Shown: positions 1-7,561, numbered from the stretch's first letter. The stretch is DNA of 54,294 nt from a virus (IMGVR_UViG_3300033153_010346:1-54294), one strand, 5' to 3'. The notes: generated from the sequence alone by a model not told the origin. Program-made: numbers and translations.

Positions 1-141
1 AAATCATGCTTTTGTTCGAATCACTTCATATAATAACCACTATCTTTATAGAGGACAAAGAGATTTCCTTATGACAACGATGACAAAAATATCTGCCGTT
101 ATGGCACTCTTCTTGGCGGTTACTCTAATGAACGTAGATGA

Positions 142-618
142 TTGGGACGTAGAGTACAAATTAAGGCACAGGCTATGAATATGGAAATGAGAGAAGTAGA
201 TCATTGGGTTGTAGAAGAATATGAAAGAGAGGAAATGTTGGAGGATTGGTTTAAAGATCTTCCAAGAATGTACAAAGGACGTAATACACTTCCTAGGTGG
301 GTGACTATTCCTGCTGAAGACTTTACAGCAAAAGAATTGATGGTACTTTTTGGGTTGTCCAAGAAGAAAGCAGAAGATGTGGTTTGGGGAGGAGACACAA
401 ATAGACATGGTGGTAGAATAGCAAAAGAGTTACCATATCGGATTAAGGTAGGGAATAGTTGGAAATCTCCTAACTCTTGCTATATTGACGAAATGACAAT
501 ATTTGCAGGAAGATCGACCTTCCTTCTGTTCTTGATGTATTTTGGCTTTTGTGAGGATTGGGCTCCATCAAAATTTTACAAAAGAGCTGAATTGAGGGCT
601 AAAAAATGTCGGAAATAA
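142..618 (+). CDS. hypothetical protein with C-terminal hydrophobic helix (paralog family)
   Basis: ORF in co-directional overlapping chain; motif GRSTFLLFLMYFGF; start uncertain. Confidence 0.6.
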   Translation: MGRRVQIKAQAMNMEMREVDHWVVEEYEREEMLEDWFKDLPRMYKGRNTLPRWVTIPAEDFTAKELMVLFGLSKKKAEDVVWGGDTNRHGGRIAKELPYRIKVGNSWKSPNSCYIDEMTIFAGRSTFLLFLMYFGFCEDWAPSKFYKRAELRAKKCRK

Positions 619-809
619 AACTTTACCAGTTAGGAAATTTTGTTATTCTCCAAATGGGTCAGGCAAGCAGGGCGGTAAAAGTATGGAAGATAACTAATTG
701 TTACTTTGGGTTGCTTTTCTTGTTGTTAAATTTAGGGGATTCAAAATGTAATCAAGCGTTGTTAAGCTATGCTGATAACGCAGAGGTTAGGGGACTAATT
801 GAAGGATAA
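606..809 (+). CDS. small hypothetical protein (paralog family)
   Basis: ATG overlaps previous gene; NCYFGLLFLLL. Confidence 0.55.
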   Translation: MSEIKLYQLGNFVILQMGQASRAVKVWKITNCYFGLLFLLLNLGDSKCNQALLSYADNAEVRGLIEG

Positions 810-1042
810 TGCCAAGAAATATGAACTTGGTATTGACGGAAGGCCTAATGCAAATAATTGATCTTGAAGATATAAATTATAGGTGGGTGTCAGTCATAGG
901 TGGGAATACTACGTTCTATCTCTTCTGTGTGGGTATAACCAGACTTCAAGGCTATAAGAAAGACAATGATGACATCCCTTATACTGCTGTGGCTTTTTGG
1001 GCTAAGACCTTGGATCGGTTGGAAGCAGGGAAATTACCTTGA
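809..1042 (+). CDS. small hypothetical protein (paralog family)
   Basis: TAATG coupling, GAAGGA RBS; GNTTFYLFCVG. Confidence 0.6.
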   Translation: MPRNMNLVLTEGLMQIIDLEDINYRWVSVIGGNTTFYLFCVGITRLQGYKKDNDDIPYTAVAFWAKTLDRLEAGKLP

Positions 1043-1335
1043 TATACAAATCCTTAATCACGCTCTTATTCTTGGTTTCCTGTTCTGACCCTAAACCAGT
1101 AATAGTAGAATATTACAATTGTGCGGACAGTACAAAATTTGTTCTAACCAAGCAAACTACTTATGCTGGAGTTAGAAAACGGGTAGGTGGATCTAAATTT
1201 GGGTATTTTTATGTATCTGCAGGAATTGAGATTGAGAAATGGCCGGATTCCTTTTGGTTGCCAGAGACAGAAAGGGGATATGAATTTGAGGACTCTATTT
1301 TGATTATTGTGAGGTGGCATTGTGAGACTCGTTGA
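1039..1335 (+). CDS. putative lipoprotein
   Basis: N-terminal hydrophobic stretch ending LVSC (lipobox-like). Confidence 0.5.
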   Translation: MIYKSLITLLFLVSCSDPKPVIVEYYNCADSTKFVLTKQTTYAGVRKRVGGSKFGYFYVSAGIEIEKWPDSFWLPETERGYEFEDSILIIVRWHCETR

Positions 1336-1561
1336 ATTTGTAGTAGATGAAGATAACAAAGAGTGGATTAATTTCTATGTCAGGGAATTTAAAGCAGGTC
1401 ACAAAGGAAGAGTAACTTTTATCGGAGGAAGACATGTGGCAAATCTTCAGAATCCCCTATTTACGATATTTGTCTTTTTACGCTGCCATGAAGAATACAA
1501 TAAAATGCCGTTTGGGAAAGCACAAGTGGAGACAACGCGTAGACTTCAAAGTTACGTTTAA
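1322..1561 (+). CDS. small hypothetical protein (paralog family)
   Basis: GAGGTGG RBS, GTG start; NPLFTIFVFLR. Confidence 0.6.
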   Translation: MRLVEFVVDEDNKEWINFYVREFKAGHKGRVTFIGGRHVANLQNPLFTIFVFLRCHEEYNKMPFGKAQVETTRRLQSYV

Positions 1562-1626
1562 TCCAGATAAGGTGGAAAGAATTGGATCAAAGACGTTCTG
1601 TAAGTATTGTGGGACACCAAAAAAGG

Positions 1627-1893
1627 ATGGAGATTAAAGAACAAGAAAAGAAGGATGGCACGAAAGTCCCTGGTCAATATGTTCTTTCTGTAGACCACCC
1701 TTTGCATATGCCCGATGAAATGAAAAAACTTGCCGGTAAGAAAGGGTTTCAAATTGAGATATTGACCCCTTTACCCCATGTTCGTAGAATGAGAAATATG
1801 AGTATTGTAGGTTGTGTGCTCTTAGCTCTTATGGGTTATTGGACTAACCAGGGGACGGTCAAGAGATTTTTGGCGACAGGGAAATTAATATGA
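1627..1893 (+). CDS. small hypothetical protein (paralog family)
   Basis: in-frame ATG at 1627; hydrophobic C-terminal helix; ATGA overlap with next gene. Confidence 0.55.
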   Translation: MEIKEQEKKDGTKVPGQYVLSVDHPLHMPDEMKKLAGKKGFQIEILTPLPHVRRMRNMSIVGCVLLALMGYWTNQGTVKRFLATGKLI

Positions 1894-2105
1894 GATTTGG
1901 AGATAGGATTGTGATATACACCAGAAAAACAAGAGGCAAAGGAATTCTTACAGCTTTGTACGGACCTTATCTTGGAAATATGGGATTTTGGAAGGATTCT
2001 TTACCACTTCTGCTTTTCGTGATGTCTGAACTCAGAAAAAACAGGCCCCTTAGTGACAAGTTGAATACTCTTGTTTATTATAAGGGGAGATATAAGCCAG
2101 AGTAG
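1890..2105 (+). CDS. small hypothetical protein (paralog family)
   Basis: ATGA coupling; DSLPLLLFVMS. Confidence 0.55.
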   Translation: MRFGDRIVIYTRKTRGKGILTALYGPYLGNMGFWKDSLPLLLFVMSELRKNRPLSDKLNTLVYYKGRYKPE

Positions 2106-2241
2106 TATATATTACATTTAGTCTATTTTCCCTTGCGGCTAATACCTTATCGATTATTTGTCTAGAAATTGGATGGTGGCGCTGAAAATAGTTTAAAAAA
2201 GTTGTAACCCCTAGAGAGACAAGGAAAACGAGGTTTAAAAA

Positions 2242-2502
2242 ATGCCTTCATTTAGAGTTTCAACATACAACAAAGACTATATGCGATTCGAGCACCATGA
2301 AAAAGTGGCTTTTGGAGTTCGTAGTCGCGAGCTAACTGATAAAATGATCTGGCATACCCATGTTCAATACAATTGGCTGTCAGGGCTGAATAGGGCCTTT
2401 TCTGTTTTCGTAATCCTGATGGCAGGGCCAGTGACGAGATTTGATGTAAAAAATGCAAGTTATTTTTGGAGAAAACGACTTTTTGAGAGAACAAAATCCT
2501 GA
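2242..2502 (+). CDS. small hypothetical protein (paralog family)
   Basis: GAGG RBS; NRAFSVFVILMAG. Confidence 0.6.
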   Translation: MPSFRVSTYNKDYMRFEHHEKVAFGVRSRELTDKMIWHTHVQYNWLSGLNRAFSVFVILMAGPVTRFDVKNASYFWRKRLFERTKS

Positions 2503-2515
2503 TTTCTGTGTTATA
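2489..2515 (+). promoter_or_regulatory. putative promoter class A (GAAC-N16-TGTTATA)
   Basis: exact motif and spacing shared with 6748, 20768(-), 31846(-); followed by AGGAGG RBS. Confidence 0.65.
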
Positions 2516-2531
2516 TATACAGGAGGTTGTG

Positions 2532-2810
2532 ATGCTGGATTTAACGAAAGACGAAAGACGGATATTAGAAAAAATCTCTATGCGGCCGGTTTACAGACAG
2601 GCGAATGAATTTAAGGTACAACTTGGACCTATTAAAACGTCCGATATCCAAGGGGAAAATATTAATATTGTTCTTTATGAACCTTTAGACCCTGATATCT
2701 GTAAATCATTGATTAATAAAAAGTTGTTAAATGAGGTAAAGGAAGATGAGTTTGGTTGGGTCTATGAAGCAGATAAAAGACTCTTTGCCCCTAAATATGA
2801 GATCGAGTAA
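2532..2810 (+). CDS. hypothetical protein
   Basis: AGGAGG RBS at 2521 before ATG 2532. Confidence 0.7.
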   Translation: MLDLTKDERRILEKISMRPVYRQANEFKVQLGPIKTSDIQGENINIVLYEPLDPDICKSLINKKLLNEVKEDEFGWVYEADKRLFAPKYEIE

Positions 2811-3112
2811 TGAGATACGAGTATAATATTACATTTGACACAACGAGTGATCAGCTAGTAATACTCATTACTCATACGGTCAGGCAAACTTATGAGGTTC
2901 GTACTTTAGGTAGCTCTGAAGTAATATATGAAGAAGGAGTCCCCGATATTGAAGCAACCTATATTCCCGGTCCCCATGGAATGCATCTTCGATATTTCGG
3001 AAACCCTGTCGGCCTTTTCTTTTGCATGGTTATGGGGTGTTTCAGAGATATAGACCTAGAAATTAAGGCGATCAACAAATTAAGGAAATTATATGGGACC
3101 ATATCACATTAA
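2810..3112 (+). CDS. hypothetical protein (paralog family)
   Basis: TAATG coupling; NPVGLFFCMVMGCFRDIDLE. Confidence 0.65.
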   Translation: MRYEYNITFDTTSDQLVILITHTVRQTYEVRTLGSSEVIYEEGVPDIEATYIPGPHGMHLRYFGNPVGLFFCMVMGCFRDIDLEIKAINKLRKLYGTISH

Positions 3113-3587
3113 ACCCCCTGTAGCGCTTCATCTTAGGAAACCTTCTACAGGCTATGTTCAAGGCTATGCTACGGCCTCAACTATGGGTTATGCAGGGGCA
3201 ACTTCTATGGGTACGGTTACTGGGTTTCCTTATACAAATCCTTATCCAACATTGGAAGCGAAGTTAAGGGAGTTTAGAGCATTACGATTAGACTTAGCAA
3301 ATGTCCAAACTTCGGGTGAGCTGACAGATCGCATCTTTACTGATAGTACTTTCCATCAAAGAATTTGCTATCCAGTGGTTCAAGAAGAAACAGCTTTGAC
3401 TGAGACTCGTTACTGGTCGAAGCCACCTATTTTGGGTCCCGATGTAAATGAACTAAATTACATAGAGAACAATATGTTTGCTACTTTATTGATCCTTTTG
3501 GGTTATTTTGAGGATATGGAGTTGAAAAATAAGACAGTGTCGAAAATAATTGACAAAAAAGTAGGAGAAGCACTACAAAATATATGA
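3093..3587 (+). CDS. hypothetical protein (paralog family)
   Basis: AAGGA RBS; NNMFATLLILLGYFEDMELK resembles C-terminus of previous ORF. Confidence 0.65.
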   Translation: MGPYHIKPPVALHLRKPSTGYVQGYATASTMGYAGATSMGTVTGFPYTNPYPTLEAKLREFRALRLDLANVQTSGELTDRIFTDSTFHQRICYPVVQEETALTETRYWSKPPILGPDVNELNYIENNMFATLLILLGYFEDMELKNKTVSKIIDKKVGEALQNI

Positions 3588-3600
3588 TAAGACACGATAA
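3576..3600 (+). promoter_or_regulatory. putative promoter class B (CAAAAW-N13-CGATAA), start of tRNA array
   Basis: CAAAAT-N13-CGATAA ending 12 nt before first tRNA; same motif at 17492(-), 31509, 31901, 48704. Confidence 0.65.
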
Positions 3601-3612
3601 AAAGAAATAGAT

Positions 3613-3695
3613 GCTCCCGTGGCGGAATTGGCAGACGCGCTAGTCTTAGGAACTAGTCTTTCGGGGTGTAGGTTCGAGTCCTACCGGGAGTACCA
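3613..3695 (+). tRNA. tRNA-Leu(TAG)
   Basis: cloverleaf, loop CT-TAG-GA, variable arm, GTTCGAGTC, CCA. Confidence 0.95.
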
Positions 3696-3713
3696 AAAAT
3701 TTAAGGCAAGGTT

Positions 3714-3941
3714 ATGGAAGAGAAAAAAGAACGTAAGGACTTAAGACCCCTTTGGCTTTCAGCAACAGTTATGAGTTATTTGTTGGCCGGATGGATTTTA
3801 ATTGATGCTATTGTATCCCTCTCTTTATTTACAGGGTTTTTTGTGATTCCTCTTCTTGGTTTGGCTGTTTGGTGTAATAGAATTGCCGTTAATGAATGTG
3901 ATTATTGGTATAACAAAAGTAGCAGTAACAAATATTGGTAA
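3714..3941 (+). CDS. small membrane protein
   Basis: two hydrophobic segments. Confidence 0.6.
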   Translation: MEEKKERKDLRPLWLSATVMSYLLAGWILIDAIVSLSLFTGFFVIPLLGLAVWCNRIAVNECDYWYNKSSSNKYW

Positions 3942-3944
3942 GGA

Positions 3945-4289
3945 GTGGTTGTGAGGATTGATAAGGATTATGTCAATGAAATGTGTCGAAGAGAAAAGTT
4001 TGATGCTTCTTATGGCGATTATGTAGTTTATCAACATCCAGATGGTTATTACATTGCCAGATTAGATATTGATACATTCCATCCTTTAGGTAATTTGGTT
4101 TGGCCTACTGATGAACTTGTAAACCATGGTATAAATGATGCGATGCCAAATAGTTGTTATGTTGAACGAAAAGGTGGAACTTGGGATGAAGCTAATGACA
4201 AAATGTGTGAAGTTCTTCAAAAACTAACAATACAAAATTATCAAGAATATGTGACTTATAAACCTGTAGACCGTAAACCATACAGATGA
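3945..4289 (+). CDS. hypothetical protein
   Basis: 114-aa ORF after AAGGAG; exact start uncertain. Confidence 0.6.
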   Translation: MVVRIDKDYVNEMCRREKFDASYGDYVVYQHPDGYYIARLDIDTFHPLGNLVWPTDELVNHGINDAMPNSCYVERKGGTWDEANDKMCEVLQKLTIQNYQEYVTYKPVDRKPYR

Positions 4290-4292
4290 TAA

Positions 4293-4367
4293 GGAAGCGT
4301 GAAGGGAATTGGTATACCTCTTTGTTTCAAACACAAAGGCTTGGTGGTTCGACTCCACCCGCTTCTA
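4293..4367 (+). tRNA. tRNA-Leu(CAA), short variable loop, no encoded CCA
   Basis: GGAAGCG/CGCTTCT acceptor, TTTGT-TTCAAAC-ACAAA arm, canonical T arm. Confidence 0.85.
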
Positions 4368-4376
4368 TAAGATTAC

Positions 4377-4789
4377 AGGTGTACATAGCTAGGTAGGAAG
4401 TGAGATTAGTTATGTATCTTAAGATTATAGACAATCTAGGTAATATCAAAATGTATGAAGGGAAGGAGATTTATTTTTATCGTTATGAATCCCAATTTGG
4501 GAGTGACCCCATAACGGAAGAAGTAACTGATAGTGATGAATGGTATTTAGTATTATCCATTGAAATAGACGGTAAAACACTAAAACCTATTCAAACTAAC
4601 CAACGTGTTACAAAATGGAGTAGTGAGATAGAAAGTGTTTTAAATGGACGTGTTGTTGAAGAGAAATGTTCAAAGTGTGAATACACATGCGACCCATCAG
4701 TAAAACAATCGCGTGTTTTCATAATGAATGACGACGGCAACACAATAGAAAAAATAATGTAGCCTAAAATAACTTGGCTATGTACACCT
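4377..4789. repeat. 18-bp inverted repeat (4377-4394 / 4772-4789) bracketing ORF 4400-4762
   Basis: AGGTGTACATAGCTAGGT pairs with ACTTGGCTATGTACACCT (two G-U). Confidence 0.85.
4400..4762 (+). CDS. hypothetical protein
   Basis: ORF between two tRNAs; GTG 4400 or ATG 4412 start. Confidence 0.65.
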   Translation: MRLVMYLKIIDNLGNIKMYEGKEIYFYRYESQFGSDPITEEVTDSDEWYLVLSIEIDGKTLKPIQTNQRVTKWSSEIESVLNGRVVEEKCSKCEYTCDPSVKQSRVFIMNDDGNTIEKIM

Positions 4790-4797
4790 AAAATTAT

Positions 4798-4872
4798 GAG
4801 CCAGTAGCCAAATGGCAAGGCAGGTGGTTGCAACCCATCGATGTGGGGGTTCAAGTCCCTCCTGGCTCTCCA
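4798..4872 (+). tRNA. tRNA-Cys(GCA)
   Basis: loop TT-GCA-AC, U73, CCA. Confidence 0.93.
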
Positions 4873-4877
4873 AACTT

Positions 4878-4952
4878 GGGACTGTGACGGGAATTGGTAT
4901 ACCTACTTGGCTTAAAACCAAGTGTCTCTGAGTTCGACTCTCAGCGGTCCTA
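4878..4952 (+). tRNA. tRNA-Leu(TAA), short variable loop, no encoded CCA
   Basis: CTTGG-CTTAAAA-CCAAG arm; D arm nearly identical to Leu(CAA). Confidence 0.85.
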
Positions 4953-4965
4953 TTAAACAGAGGTT

Positions 4966-5235
4966 ATGGGAATGAGGCAAAACGAGAAAACATTTGAGAA
5001 GTTGTTTGAAACCGAAACACGTTATCAAATATACCCTCGAAACTGGTACTGCTTTGACCTAGGTATAGGGGACCATACTCTACTAATGCCAAGAGTTTCC
5101 CATAACCCCTTATTTATGTTGTTTATCGCGGCATCGGCATTTAAAGGTTGGGGGAGGTTCATAAGCATGGGCTCAAACCTTACTAGAAAATTTGCCCTCG
5201 TATCGGCTCTGGCTTCTAACCAGGAGAAACCGTAA
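4966..5235 (+). CDS. small hypothetical protein (paralog family), 3' end overlaps atypical tRNA
   Basis: GAGG RBS; NPLFMLFIAAS. Confidence 0.5.
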   Translation: MGMRQNEKTFEKLFETETRYQIYPRNWYCFDLGIGDHTLLMPRVSHNPLFMLFIAASAFKGWGRFISMGSNLTRKFALVSALASNQEKP

Positions 5236-5273
5236 CTGGACACATGTGGGTTCGACTCCTACCGAGGGTACCA
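5194..5273 (+). tRNA. atypical tRNA-Arg(TCT)-like RNA lacking a normal D arm
   Basis: GCCCTCG/CGAGGGT-A-CCA, T arm GTGGG-TTCGACT-CCTAC, TCTGG-CTTCTAA-CCAGG arm only 7 nt after the acceptor strand. Confidence 0.75.
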
Positions 5274-5289
5274 AATTTAGGAATTCTTC

Positions 5290-5469
5290 GTGGAACAAAA
5301 AGAACGAACGAAAGCCTTAAAACAACGTATTAAGTCTCTTGAGAGGACACTGGCACATACCACTAATCTGTTAGCAATCTTCAATGTTGACGAACCTGAT
5401 GCAAAAAAACATAGTGCCGTGGATTTTCAAGTGGAGAAAAACAGGTCTTTACTAGACCGTAAGATATAG
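5290..5469 (+). CDS. small hypothetical protein (59 aa, not in ORF track)
   Basis: AGGA RBS, GTG start, open to TAG at 5469. Confidence 0.45.
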   Translation: MEQKERTKALKQRIKSLERTLAHTTNLLAIFNVDEPDAKKHSAVDFQVEKNRSLLDRKI

Positions 5470-5541
5470 CCAGATCGTCCAATGTTAGGACATTGGGCTT
5501 TGAACCCAAGAATGTAGGTTAGACTCCTGCTCTGGCTGCCA
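5468..5541 (+). tRNA. tRNA-Gln(TTG)
   Basis: loop CT-TTG-AA, CCA; D-loop GT and T-loop TTAGACT variant. Confidence 0.9.
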
Positions 5542-5594
5542 AATATTTGTTTGTAACCCTTCGTGGTTACTTTACACGGTCTAAGAAATCGTGA

Positions 5595-5670
5595 GGCGCA
5601 ATCGTATAATGGTTTATTATACCCGGTTGTCTCCCGGAAGATCAGGGTTCGATTCCCTGTTGTGCCGCCA
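5595..5670 (+). tRNA. tRNA-Asp(GTC)
   Basis: loop TT-GTC-TC, G73, CCA. Confidence 0.9.
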
Positions 5671-5751
5671 AATTGCTCTTGCATGATCAACTTATGGATA
5701 CTTGCTATATTTAGCACGCTTTGAGCATAGATAGTTCTATAAACGAACAAT

Positions 5752-5824
5752 GGTCTCGTAGCTCAATTGGCAGAGCACCTGTGTTACATACAGGATGTTG
5801 ATGGTTCGATTCCATCCGAGACTA
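5752..5824 (+). tRNA. tRNA-Val(TAC), no encoded CCA
   Basis: CCTGT-GTTACAT-ACAGG arm. Confidence 0.9.
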
Positions 5825-5827
5825 TAT

Positions 5828-5903
5828 GGCTCTGTAGCTCAGACAGTAGAGCATGCGGTTGAAGCCCGCAGTGTCGTGGGTGCAATTCCTACCGGGGCCA
5901 CCA
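5828..5903 (+). tRNA. tRNA-Phe(GAA)
   Basis: loop TT-GAA-GC, CCA; T-loop TGCAATT. Confidence 0.9.
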
Positions 5904-5911
5904 TAAATTTA

Positions 5912-5996
5912 GGAAGGTCGCATTGGTGTGCTTATCTGGTTTGAACCCAGTGATGTCCTCACGGATGTGGGGGTTCGACTCCCTCACCTTCCTCCA
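5912..5996 (+). tRNA. tRNA-Ser(TGA)
   Basis: loop TT-TGA-AC, long variable arm, compact D arm, U73, CCA. Confidence 0.85.
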
Positions 5997-6017
5997 AATC
6001 ACTCAGAGGGTATAAAT

Positions 6018-6242
6018 ATGAGTTTTTGTACATGTGATCTAAAAGTTGGTGTCACAACATGTGATGTTTGTCATGGAGATATAACTTTATCAAAACCGTG
6101 TATTTTTTGTGAAAACTCAGTAACAGTTGCAAGGGGTATCATGTTTCATGGTGTAGGCATAACAAAAGAATCTGCACAGACATATTTATGTTCCCATATT
6201 ACTTGTTACAAAAACTATAGTAAAAATCACTCAGAAGGTTGA
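6018..6242 (+). CDS. small Cys-rich (putative Zn-binding) protein
   Basis: GAGGG RBS, ATG 6018, CxC/CxxC motifs; stop lies inside next tRNA. Confidence 0.6.
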   Translation: MSFCTCDLKVGVTTCDVCHGDITLSKPCIFCENSVTVARGIMFHGVGITKESAQTYLCSHITCYKNYSKNHSEG

Positions 6243-6320
6243 CAGAGTGGCAATGTGCTGGGTTGCTAACCCAAGGCCGTCCTCACGGATGCATTGGTTC
6301 AATCCCAATACCTTCTGCCA
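6233..6320 (+). tRNA. tRNA-Ser(GCT)
   Basis: loop TT-GCT-AA, long variable arm, G73, CCA. Confidence 0.9.
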
Positions 6321-6335
6321 AATTAGGTATTAACT

Positions 6336-6743
6336 ATGTTGGAAAAACTCATGAAACGATGGAAAGAAATAATTTTCATATTTTCGGTTGTAGCTATAGC
6401 CTTTACATTTAATGGTTATCGGATAGAAGCTGAGGAAACTGCCACTAAGGTAAAGAAGTTTGAAGAGACATTTGACAAAATTGCGCAGATTGCAGATGAC
6501 CTCAAGAATCCAAATATATGGCTTCGAAATTATTTGGTAAATCATGGTGTAGATTCTGTAGTTGCGAAGTCTTGGAGTAATATCCCAAGAGGGCCTGTTA
6601 TGACTAAGAGTGATACAACGGTTAATATCCCCTACCTCGAAGCTGATGTTTTGCCAGACATAGGGGTCCAAAAGGTGCGCAAATCAAACGGCGCTACCAA
6701 AATCATGGACACCCTGTGGAATTTCTCAAAAAAGGCGAAATAA
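6336..6743 (+). CDS. N-terminally membrane-anchored hypothetical protein
   Basis: IIFIFSVVAIAFTF segment. Confidence 0.65.
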   Translation: MLEKLMKRWKEIIFIFSVVAIAFTFNGYRIEAEETATKVKKFEETFDKIAQIADDLKNPNIWLRNYLVNHGVDSVVAKSWSNIPRGPVMTKSDTTVNIPYLEADVLPDIGVQKVRKSNGATKIMDTLWNFSKKAK

Positions 6744-6747
6744 CTCA

Positions 6748-6774
6748 GAACCTTTTTCGATTTCCGGTGTTATA
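6748..6774 (+). promoter_or_regulatory. putative promoter class A (GAAC-N16-TGTTATA)
   Basis: intergenic, 13 nt before tRNA-Met. Confidence 0.65.
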
Positions 6775-6787
6775 CATATACAGATCA

Positions 6788-6863
6788 TGCGGGTAGCAGG
6801 GCTGGTGTCCTGGTCGGTCTCATAAGCCGATGGCGAAGGGTTCGATTCCCTTGCCCGCAACCA
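6788..6863 (+). tRNA. tRNA-Met(CAT), initiator-like
   Basis: TGCGGG...CCCGCAACCA ends and TCGGT-CTCATAA-GCCGA arm resemble tRNA-fMet. Confidence 0.88.
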
Positions 6864-6881
6864 AATTTAGAGGAGAAAGAA

Positions 6882-7208
6882 ATGGAAGCAACTGTAAACG
6901 AACTATTGGTATTGAAAAACACTTTACAAACCCGTAAAGCCGAAGTGCAGTCTTTGCTACGTTTGTGTGTTGCTCGTCGTGTTAACGAAGTAAGATACGA
7001 AGAAGAAGTTCGTAAAACTATTGATGAAAGCCGTTACGACCCTAATGATCTAGAGATTCGTAACACTGAGCTAAGCACTGCACTTTTCGAGCTAGATCGG
7101 GCAATCAAAGTGGCTAATGCCAAAACTGTTGTCAACGTAGAAAACGTAGACATTGCTACTTTGCTAGCACCTGTAAAACCCCGTCCTTGGGTTGAAACTC
7201 AAGAATAA
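6882..7208 (+). CDS. DUF6847/DIP1984-like coiled-coil protein
   Basis: N-terminal TVNELLVLKNTL and C-terminal ELDRAIKVANAKTVV pattern; GAGGAG RBS. Confidence 0.6.
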   Translation: MEATVNELLVLKNTLQTRKAEVQSLLRLCVARRVNEVRYEEEVRKTIDESRYDPNDLEIRNTELSTALFELDRAIKVANAKTVVNVENVDIATLLAPVKPRPWVETQE

Positions 7209-7217
7209 GGGGAGCAT

Positions 7218-7481
7218 GAGTAAATAGCTAGCCGAAAGCTTTGGCTGTTAACAGTTCGGGGCGAGTAGGCGAAAAGGAAAAAACTTGTTGAGTATATTGG
7301 TATCCCCAATATGACACTAGCTGTGTTGTTACAGCCTCCTTTAATAAGGTAAACTATAGTGCCCGTAAACCCATACTTAATAACCATTAAGGTTATTGGT
7401 AGTTGAATAAGACGGGTCAAGTCATGTTGTTTGTTTTTGTTAGTTGTTGTTCTTCAACAAATTTTTCTCTGCTATTTGCTC
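7218..7481 (+). ncRNA. putative structured ncRNA downstream of DUF6847-like gene
   Basis: 11-bp closing stem 7218-7228/7471-7481 with several nested helices; no credible ORF. Confidence 0.65.
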
Positions 7482-7488
7482 TTTATAT

Positions 7489-7561
7489 TCCTTCGTCGTC
7501 TAATTGGAGAGGACATTTGGCTACGAACCAAAAAATGCGGGTTCGATTCCTGTCGAGGGGA
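7489..7561 (+). tRNA. tRNA-Arg(ACG), no encoded CCA
   Basis: TTTGG-CTACGAA-CCAAA arm. Confidence 0.88.

Noticed and set aside
2147-2171. Minus-strand CAATTT-N13-CGATAA similar to class B promoter
   Set aside because: Two mismatches in the upstream block and no credible downstream minus-strand gene
4321-4337. Opal suppressor/Sec reading (TCA) of the tRNA at 4293
   Set aside because: Stem TTTGT/ACAAA places CAA at 34-36; no Sec-type long arms
5213-5221. Amber suppressor/pyrrolysine reading (CTA) of the atypical tRNA
   Set aside because: The stem TCTGG/CCAGG centres TCT in a 7-nt loop; long genes are intact in code 11 and TAG ends genes at normal boundaries, so there is no sign of recoding
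5545-5750. Small hairpins in the spacers around tRNA-Asp
   Set aside because: Stems of 4-6 bp with no repeat or covariation support; insufficient to call an ncRNA
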